Part shown: positions 1 through 5,690 of the stretch, piece after piece | Layout: the number at the start of each line of letters is the position of its first letter | How positions within the stretch are numbered: the first letter of the stretch is position 1 | Virus record (IMG/VR): IMGVR_UViG_3300011952_000009 | Origin: a virus | Taxonomy: Duplodnaviria; Heunggongvirae; Uroviricota; Caudoviricetes | Reading direction: 5' to 3' (one strand) | Length of the DNA stretch: 10,180 nucleotides | Translations under genes and position numbers: made by a program | The notes under the pieces: generated by a model | The model's database searches: none | Seen by the model: only the letters and a program-made list of their open reading frames with translations | Told to the model about the DNA's origin: nothing

Positions 1-1806
1 ATCCATATAAACATCTGCCGCAAATCCCAGATGAGATAGTGCTTTGACGGTGGCATCAGTAAGAGACTTTTTGGAGGCCTCTTTTTCCATTACCAGTGCC
101 CCTTTGTTATTTTTTGATATGTAATCCGTGTGGCCATATGACGGAATAAATCCTTTCACTCCGTTCCAGATGTACCAGAGATCTATCCGGATGGTGTGTA
201 CTGACAGGCAGAACAGGGAACCGTCAGCATCCCTGACAGGTTTTTGTCCAATAATTTTCCCTGTCTGATCCTGTATAGGTTCAAGTAATGGCACACCGCG
301 ATCCACTCGCTCCTCCTTGATNNNNNNNNNNGCACCGTAATCACTATGTGTGACATACGCAGGATCGGTCCGCTGAACGCGATTCCAGATAGCCAAATTT
401 GCTTTTCTCTGGTCATCATTCATTGCTGACAGATAATGCTCCATGCGAATTGATGCAGTTTTTTCCTCGGCATGGGGCGGCTCAACCAGCGCGTCAACGT
501 TCTGCACCAGATCCTTTACCTGCTCGCTAAGTTTTTCTTGTGGAGGAGTCTCTTCTGCCGGGGTAATAGCTGCAGGTTCCCTCTGTGAGACGGCGTTATT
601 TTCAGGTACGTCATACACATGGCGAGGCGTGATAAACTGCTCACGCAACTGCTGCAAACTACGTTCTCCAGCATTTGCAGCTTCGCTTTTTTCACCCTGA
701 TTTGAGGGTGTTTCTGACATCATCCCATCAATTGAGAATCGCCCGCCGCCGTGGTTGGTGACTTTTACATCATCCTTTGGTGCTGCTTCCTTTGACTTCT
801 CTTCAACAGCATTTGCATCACGCTGCCCGTTAGCTTGCAGCCAGTTGTCGATGTGACTGCGCAGGGATTGCGGGAAGTGGTACGTGTCTTTTGCGGGGGC
901 GCTCTGAATAACACCGAATACTGATGCGCGGTCATAGGCAAGGATCTGATCCGTTGTGCGCAAGGCCATTGACCAGCGTTTAAAATCCTCCCGATCCTGG
1001 CTGATTATTTCGTCTGCCGCTTTCAGGGCGCTGGGGGAGATTTTTTCCGGGCCAACGGGTAACAGAGCGCAGGCAATTTCACGATCCAGTGTAGCGTGAG
1101 TCTGTTTGTAAGGACGTGCGGACGGTTTTACCTCCGGCAGCATTTCATCGCGTTTACCGGGATTCTCTACCCATTTTTTTATAAATTTGGAGATAGTCCA
1201 ACTGGTCGGGTTTTGTTCCTGGGTATCGCAACTTGCCAAAATTGCATGTACCAGATTATTCAATCCAGCAATATGCATGTACTCGATGGGCTTACACGCC
1301 ACCATGGCATCAAGAACGATGCGGTTAAACGCGTCAACCTCATCCTCACTGTCAGTATCACTGTTGTCGAGCATCTCCAGGTATTCACGCGTCTGCGCAA
1401 GCAATTCACTGTCGACTTCGTTGGCGTCGTGGCTGAACAGCAGAACGGCGGCGAATCGTTCACGAGCCGGCAGTTTCATCAGGTCGTTAACCTGTGCGAT
1501 ATCTGCTGAACCGCTATCTACAACGGGGGTGTTAACTACCCATTTTTCGCCATCAAAACTGTGTTCTGTGGCGAACGTCTCATCAAACTCACCAACGCCT
1601 GGGCGCGGTTGGCCCAGGGCATCTTCCCAGATTTTAGGTTTGAAATAGTTGTCGCCGTGGTCAGGGTAGGCTTCCCACAATTTGCCGATGATGATGTTCT
1701 CGGCAACTTTTTTGTTAGGGGCGTCGATGGCGATGGCCAGCGCCGGGATCGCGCCGTTTTTGAGCGCGCCTTTTTTCGCTTCTAACAAGCCGTTAAAAAT
1801 GGTCAT
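1..1806 (-). CDS. Large multi-domain early protein, partial (continues beyond window start). N-terminal ~330 aa unrecognised, then an acidic Pro/Glu/Ala-rich linker, then a C-terminal segment (window positions ~1-440) resembling ERF-family ssDNA-annealing proteins
   Basis: ATG at 1806-1804 preceded by GAGGAAAGACC. Minus frame checked triplet by triplet: no stop from 1806 to position 1, crossing the N-run 322-331. Absent from the ORF track, presumably because it has no stop in the window. Track ORFs 183..419, 443..700, 1096..1509, 1187..1648, 1260..1463 and 1561..1785 are other frames or antisense of this ORF. ERF resemblance is to P22 Erf recalled from memory (GVPLL and K-A-L-x-x-L-G-F motifs with ERF-like spacing). 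Confidence 0.6.
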   Translation of the reverse strand, partial: MTIFNGLLEAKKGALKNGAIPALAIAIDAPNKKVAENIIIGKLWEAYPDHGDNYFKPKIWEDALGQPRPGVGEFDETFATEHSFDGEKWVVNTPVVDSGSADIAQVNDLMKLPARERFAAVLLFSHDANEVDSELLAQTREYLEMLDNSDTDSEDEVDAFNRIVLDAMVACKPIEYMHIAGLNNLVHAILASCDTQEQNPTSWTISKFIKKWVENPGKRDEMLPEVKPSARPYKQTHATLDREIACALLPVGPEKISPSALKAADEIISQDREDFKRWSMALRTTDQILAYDRASVFGVIQSAPAKDTYHFPQSLRSHIDNWLQANGQRDANAVEEKSKEAAPKDDVKVTNHGGGRFSIDGMMSETPSNQGEKSEAANAGERSLQQLREQFITPRHVYDVPENNAVSQREPAAITPAEETPPQEKLSEQVKDLVQNVDALVEPPHAEEKTASIRMEHYLSAMNDDQRKANLAIWNRVQRTDPAYVTHSDYGXXXXIKEERVDRGVPLLEPIQDQTGKIIGQKPVRDADGSLFCLSVHTIRIDLWYIWNGVKGFIPSYGHTDYISKNNKGALVMEKEASKKSLTDATVKALSHLGFAADVYMD

Positions 1807-1836
1807 TGGTCTTTCCTCATTACAGGTCAGTGGTCT

Positions 1837-2157
1837 TTAGTAGGGGATTTCATCAGTATCTGGCGTGTATTCGATGCAAAGTAACTGCTGGATTTTGTCA
1901 TCGATAGCAGCAATACGCTGTTGGGCGTCGGCGGCTGTATTCTGTTTTTGCTCACGCAGCTGCTCAACCTGTAAACCGATGATGTCGATTGGCTGGGGCT
2001 GGTTGACGGTAATTTCAATTTCGCGGCTTTCCAGAAGGATGTACCTGTCTGGAAAATTTTTTGACATATCAACTGTCGCAATAAACAGCTTTTCATGGCT
2101 GAAAGTTGAAGTTGCATAATGAATAAAGAGTGTTACTGGGATGGTGCGCGCTTCCAT
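1837..2157 (-). CDS. Hypothetical 106-aa early protein with an acidic, coiled-coil-like C-terminus
   Basis: ATG at 2157 with AAGGAG about 6 nt upstream; stop 30 nt before the next gene's start in the same operon; protein-like composition. Function not recognised. Confidence 0.6.
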   Translation of the reverse strand: MEARTIPVTLFIHYATSTFSHEKLFIATVDMSKNFPDRYILLESREIEITVNQPQPIDIIGLQVEQLREQKQNTAADAQQRIAAIDDKIQQLLCIEYTPDTDEIPY

Positions 2158-2241
2158 AGCGACTCCTTGGTGATGTATACTCAGAACCGATCAGCGAATA
2201 TTGATCAGCTTCCATAGCGTCAGTGTCGTTGGTCTTTCCTC

Positions 2242-2265
2242 ATCACAAGTTTGGTCACTTGTGAT
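2242..2265. other. Perfect 9-bp inverted repeat ATCACAAGT / ACTTGTGAT with 6-nt spacer TTGGTC (RNA hairpin or protein-binding palindrome)
   Basis: Read directly from sequence; lies in the leader about 85 nt upstream of the 106-aa gene start on the minus strand; no U-tract follows on either strand. Confidence 0.45.
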
Positions 2266-2386
2266 AAATCCGAATGGTTTGGTCGCCGTTCGGGGTAACT
2301 GGCCCGCCTTGTGCGGGTCTTTTGCTATCTAAAGGGTGCCGGTTACGTTTCCGGCGTCGTCATGTTTCCATCACGACCGTACAGGG

Positions 2387-2461
2387 CTGGTCTTTCCTGT
2401 TTTGAGCTGGTCAGGCTCATGGTCAACGCTGGTCAGGCGTGGTACTTCCTCCGGTCTTTCC
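2387..2461. repeat. Periodic array of four GACC-core repeats at ~20-22 bp spacing (plus strand GGTCTTTCC, GGTCAGGC, GGTCAGGC, GGTCTTTCC)
   Basis: Repeat starts at 2389, 2409, 2431 and 2453. Minus-strand readings (GGAAAGACC, GCCTGACCAGC) match the motifs found at three gene starts elsewhere in the window. Confidence 0.5.
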
Positions 2462-2531
2462 CTGGTTTCACGCTGCGGGTTTGGCCTCTCCTGTTGGGGA
2501 CTCAGGCACAGCGATAAAACCTGGCTGTGTG

Positions 2532-2559
2532 AAAAAATGGCCCATCGTGCGGACTGGGC
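2532..2559 (-). terminator. Weak terminator-like hairpin (GCCCA, 10-nt loop, TGGGC) followed by a U6 tract on the minus strand
   Basis: Stem at 2540-2559 and T-run at 2532-2537 read on the minus strand. The large loop and an enclosing 7-bp stem (GCTGTGT/ACACAGC) make this uncertain. Confidence 0.25.
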
Positions 2560-2583
2560 AAAGACTAAACACAGCAAATTGAT

Positions 2584-2608
2584 GATGGGCGCCCGGAATC
2601 GAACCGGG
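2584..2608 (-). ncRNA. tRNA-like 3' half: T-arm CCCGG-TTCGATT-CCGGG plus a 7-nt acceptor-like strand; not a canonical tRNA
   Basis: Minus strand reads ACCCGGTTCGATTCCGGGCGCCCATCATC. A perfect 5-bp stem with 7-nt T-loop consensus is present, but no CCA in register and no D-arm, anticodon arm or clean 7-bp acceptor partner was found upstream. Confidence 0.3.
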
Positions 2609-3005
2609 TAACGGGCAGGGAGTTCCCGTTAAACACCTGTTCACCACAACCGGGAGCGCACTCCGCCATTTCAAAATTTAACGACAAAGCTCAAAGTTGA
2701 GTCGATGAAGTGCGCTCTCGTGTTGTAGCCAGGACTCTTCCCTGGTGGTCACACCGTATCGCCTTGATGGTGAATCAATCGCTCATACCTGGCTGTGGCT
2801 TGCACATTCCGGCTACCTGCTATGGAGACAACGCGTTAAGGCTCCGCTTCCATCCAGACCGCTTCGACACATGTGCCATATGCCGGTGAAGTCTTTCCCT
2901 CTGTCACCGTGTTGGCGCCGACGCGCAAAATTTGGTGCCGTCTTTCCGGCTGTCAGAACTTGTTTCTGAACAACTGCCGCTGGGTAAGCGTTGTTGATGA
3001 AAGTG

Positions 3006-3034
3006 ACTTTACAATTTGTATTTGTAATGGTCAA
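3006..3034 (-). promoter_or_regulatory. pL-like leftward promoter (-35 TTGACC, 17-bp spacer, -10 TAAAGT on minus strand) overlapping 19-bp palindromic operator TTACAATTTGTATTTGTAA (3009-3027)
   Basis: Hexamers read on the minus strand at plus 3029-3034 and 3006-3011. Operator half-sites TTACAA and TTGTAA are exact reverse complements with a 7-bp spacer. Confidence 0.5.
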
Positions 3035-3118
3035 TGTGTTTTTAAAAAATAATTTGTAGTGAGGGACAAAAAAATATTCACTGTGTAAAGGTGTTTTTGT
3101 GTTAGGGGAAAGTTGCAT

Positions 3119-3134
3119 GCCAGCAGCGGCTGGC
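3119..3134. other. GC-rich hairpin GCCAGC-AGCG-GCTGGC, 19 nt downstream of the repressor stop
   Basis: Perfect 6-bp stem with tetraloop; no adjacent U-tract, so a terminator role is uncertain. Confidence 0.35.
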
Positions 3135-3152
3135 CTGGAAATTTGAACTGAA

Positions 3153-3566
3153 CTATTTTGTCTGGTTTTTGGCTTCAAGTAGTTCTTTTAGCAGTAGATC
3201 GAAGTGCTCTCTTTTTTCTTTTAGCTCATTGATTAGTTTGTTTTTTTCGCTCTCAGGCAGTCCTCTGAATAGTTGCAGTAGAGCCTGTTCTTGCGGGGTT
3301 AGTTCTTGATTGTAATTACCGGGGTGTAGCGTGGATTCATCCAAATATTCTCCTTCATTCATGAAGAAAAAATGAACAGGGTATCCGGTCACTTTTGCTA
3401 GCTTGTCTAATTTATCTTTTCTTGGAGTTACCCCATTACACCATGCCTGAACTGATTGAGCTGTAACCCCAATATGGCGAGCTAACTCAGATTGAGACCA
3501 GCCTAAGTCTTTTAGAATCCGTTGTAGTCGGCTAGCAAAAGCCATGTTTTTCGTTTTTGTGTTCAT
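3153..3566 (-). CDS. Prophage repressor, DicA-like (N-terminal HTH, C-terminal dimerisation region, no S24 peptidase domain)
   Basis: HTH segment LGWSQSELARHIGVTAQSVQAWCNG. C-terminal LTPQEQALLQLFRGLPESEKNKLINELKEKREHFDLLLKELLEAK resembles the DicA C-terminus as recalled. Divergent from a Cro-like gene and flanked by palindromic operators. Track start 3581 is a TTG; ATG at 3566 (or 3545) is more likely. Confidence 0.85.
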   Translation of the reverse strand: MNTKTKNMAFASRLQRILKDLGWSQSELARHIGVTAQSVQAWCNGVTPRKDKLDKLAKVTGYPVHFFFMNEGEYLDESTLHPGNYNQELTPQEQALLQLFRGLPESEKNKLINELKEKREHFDLLLKELLEAKNQTK

Positions 3567-3585
3567 ACCGTAAGGATACAAGGTT

Positions 3586-3619
3586 TAATTGTAGGGAGCA
3601 TTGCAAATATAATTTGTAA
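3586..3619. promoter_or_regulatory. OR-like operator/promoter region: TTGTAG(3589-3594), TTGCAA(3601-3606), TTGTAA(3614-3619); perfect TATAAT at 3607-3612 on plus strand
   Basis: Palindrome TTGCAAATATAATTTGTAA at 3601-3619 has the same TTRCAA-N7-TTGTAA architecture as the left operator. Sits between the divergent repressor and cro-like genes and is truncated by the N-run 3629-3638. Confidence 0.5.
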
Positions 3620-3659
3620 TTACAGTTANNNNNNNNNNCAAGACAAACTTCTTTCAGTA

Positions 3660-3854
3660 ATGAGACAATCCGAGTTAGGTCGGCGATTAGGGAAAAAACC
3701 ACAAACTGTGAGCCTCTGGTTCAAAGGACGGGTTCCCGGTGAAGAGGTTTTGCGCACATCTGAAGCTCTTGAATGGCGCGTGACCCCTCATGATCTTAGA
3801 CCGGATCTTTACCCAAACCCAGATGACAGCTTGCCTAAAACGGAAGCAGCTTAA
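3660..3854 (+). CDS. Cro/YdaS-like small HTH regulator; true 5' end probably lies in or before the N-gap 3629-3638
   Basis: Track ORF; HTH-like GRRLGKKPQTVSLWFKGRVP. Frame is open back to the gap edge at 3639 and there is no SD before ATG 3660, so the N-terminus is probably missing. Confidence 0.65.
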   Translation: MRQSELGRRLGKKPQTVSLWFKGRVPGEEVLRTSEALEWRVTPHDLRPDLYPNPDDSLPKTEAA

Positions 3855-3912
3855 CTGTTGGTGAGCCCCAAATCTGATTAAGCGTAATCAATTTTTAGCG
3901 ACAGGAGACGCT

Positions 3913-4389
3913 ATGGAAAACCCAGAGGAATTACAAAAAGAGATTTTGACCTGGGCGGCAAGGGCAGGGCAGGAACTCGTCACGATTGAAATCTGCCGGG
4001 CCTGGTTCAGTCAGGGACGCAATGATGAGTTGAGACTACATGAATTTGAGGACGCGGACGGCAATGTGGACTGGAGAGCCATCAACAACAATCGGCAGAA
4101 AATCTTTCGCTGGTTACGTGGCGAGACAACGGCGGCGCGCCGAAAAACTCAGGTGCTGGCCAGTGTGATGAAAGCCGTGCTACCCGCAGAACGGCGGGCG
4201 CGTCTGGAGTCGCCGGGCGATCCCGTTTTGCTGGCAACGCTGGCGGCAAAAGAAGGGGTGGAAGCGATTAACGCTGTACATCTCCACTTCGCGCCAGAGA
4301 TAACTATTCAGGAAATTGACGAAGCAATAGCGGCGCTGGTAGCGACGCGAGGGGCAGTGATAAGCACTGCGCAAGGCCACCATGCATGA
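3913..4389 (+). CDS. YdaT-like protein (functional CII analogue in CP-933P-type prophages)
   Basis: AGGAG 5 nt before ATG 3913; positioned directly after cro as in repressor-cro-ydaT modules; motif NRQKIFRWLRGET resembles the YdaT family as recalled. Confidence 0.6.
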   Translation: MENPEELQKEILTWAARAGQELVTIEICRAWFSQGRNDELRLHEFEDADGNVDWRAINNNRQKIFRWLRGETTAARRKTQVLASVMKAVLPAERRARLESPGDPVLLATLAAKEGVEAINAVHLHFAPEITIQEIDEAIAALVATRGAVISTAQGHHA

Positions 4390-4428
4390 GCGCCTGACCA
4401 GCGTTTAACTTATACCGAGGAAAGACCG

Positions 4429-4653
4429 ATGTTAAGACATATTGACCGCATTACCTGGCGTAACGGCTGGCACCTGAATGGGCGCCCGGCACATGTTGCA
4501 GAGATCCAACCTATTTTTGATGGGCGTATGGCTGCCGCGCTTTCGGTGTGGGAGCAGTATGAATCCAGGAAGGTCGAGTTGCGCGACAAAGGGCTGAGCA
4601 ATGCGGACTATGAAGCCGGTTGTCGTCAGATAGCCGAAGCTCTGGAGATCTGA
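4429..4653 (+). CDS. Hypothetical 74-aa protein
   Basis: ATG 4429 preceded by ACCGAGGAAAGACC; its stop TGA 4651-4653 sits 2 nt before the next gene's ATG. Confidence 0.6.
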   Translation: MLRHIDRITWRNGWHLNGRPAHVAEIQPIFDGRMAAALSVWEQYESRKVELRDKGLSNADYEAGCRQIAEALEI

Positions 4654-4655
4654 GT

Positions 4656-5690
4656 ATGAGTCGTTTGCTGATTAACGAAAACCCCCTTCAGGTCCTGCCC
4701 ACGTTGGCATGCACTATAGGGTTGAATGAAGCCATCGTTCTACAGCAAATCCACTACTGGCTGAATTCATCTCAAAATTTCTTCGAAAATCGCCACTGGG
4801 TGTACAACAGTGTGACCGATTGGCAAGAACAATTCCCGTTCTGGAGCGAGTCGACAATAAAACGCGTGCTGGCCAATCTGGAAAAATTGAATGTGGTATT
4901 TACTGGGAACTTTAACAGTGATGCCTGGGATAAAACCAAGTGGTNNNNNNNNNNCCCAGTTATGTAAGATTGAAGAGACAACATTCCCTGTGGCCAATCG
5001 ATTAGGTCAAGTTGACCCAATCGAAGAGGTCAATGTGACCCAAGCATCAGGTCAAGTTGACCCATGCGCTAAGGTCAAAATGACCCAATCTCTTACAGAG
5101 AATACAACAGAGAGTACTACAGAGATAAAAGATCCCCCTTACCCCCAAAAGGGGGAGGGCGAGGAAATCATTCTCGCTGACGCTCAAAAAGCTCTGAACT
5201 ACTACAACGAGAAAGTCGGTACACGCTGCCGCGACGTTAAACCGTTTGTCATGCTGCTGACTGCCACCACCACCCGCGCTGGTTACAGCGTGGCTGAGAT
5301 TCAGTTAGTAATTCGTTGGGTTATTGCGACATGGCGCCGTCGTAGCGGAAGCGTGCCGAAACCTGCGAACATTTGCCGCGTAAACCGGTTTGACGGATAT
5401 CTGGCTGACGCTGAGGCGTGGGCCACTGCTGAGGCTGCCGTTGACCCTGCTGAAGTTGTGAAGGGCTACAACGAGATTCTGGGCGACCTGACCGCCGTCG
5501 GGCAATCCTGCGCCTGCTGGCACATATGCGCACGCAAACTCTTGGCGCATTTATCGGCTACTTCGAAAAATTCCGCGATAACGCCCCAGACTTCTATTTC
5601 GGCGGCGAATATCGCACCGGCTGGCGGGCAGGGTTTGATTACCTGATGAAGCCAGAAACACTGCGTAAAACCAGGGAAGGGGCATTATGA
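4656..5690 (+). CDS. Replication initiation protein, lambda O-like / replisome organiser, with the origin inside the gene; reading frame changes at the N-gap 4945-4954 and again near 5455-5505
   Basis: ATG 4656 with GGAG 8 nt upstream. N-terminal HTH-like segment (track 4620..4967), middle part in track ORF 4891..5646. The last ~60 codons are more protein-like in another frame (AILRLLAHMRTQTLGAFIGYFEKFRDNAPDFYFGGEYRTGWRAGFDYLMKPETLRKTREGAL) ending TGA 5688-5690, which overlaps the helicase ATG 5687 (ATGA). Confidence 0.7.
5004..5087. repeat. Replication origin iterons: four copies of AGGTCAANNTGACCCA at 22-23 bp spacing, followed by an A-rich tract (5088-5140)
   Basis: Copies at 5004-5019, 5027-5042, 5049-5064 and 5072-5087; each has internal dyad symmetry (GGTCA/TGACC); located inside the O-like gene as in ori-lambda. 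Confidence 0.75.

Noticed and set aside
183-1785. Track ORFs 183..419(-), 443..700(+), 1096..1509(+), 1187..1648(+), 1260..1463(-), 1561..1785(+)
   Set aside because: All lie inside the long minus-strand ORF (1..1806) in other frames or antisense. They have low-complexity Ser/Cys/Thr-rich translations and no ribosome-binding sites, whereas the frame-0 minus ORF is open for more than 600 codons with a strong RBS.
1827-2119. Track ORFs 1827..2117(-) and 1865..2119(+)
   Set aside because: They overlap the 106-aa gene 1837..2157, which has the AAGGAG RBS and protein-like composition; the alternatives are Ser-rich or antisense.
2584-2670. Canonical tRNA gene
   Set aside because: Only a T-arm and an acceptor-like 3' strand are present; no CCA in register, no D-arm or anticodon arm, and the acceptor pairing needs a bulge. 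Kept only as a tRNA-like element.
2311-3178. Track ORFs 2311..2517, 2336..2611, 2745..2969 (+) and 2371..2577, 2468..2674, 2813..3178 (-)
   Set aside because: Mutually overlapping on both strands, no SD-start pairs, compositionally non-protein-like; 2813..3178 begins inside the repressor gene in another frame. Treated as non-coding, though decayed pseudogenes cannot be excluded.
4620-4655. Track start 4620 for the initiator (MSSDSRSSGDLS...)
   Set aside because: That start would overlap the upstream gene's last 11 codons with no RBS; ATG 4656 has GGAG at the right spacing and follows the upstream stop directly.
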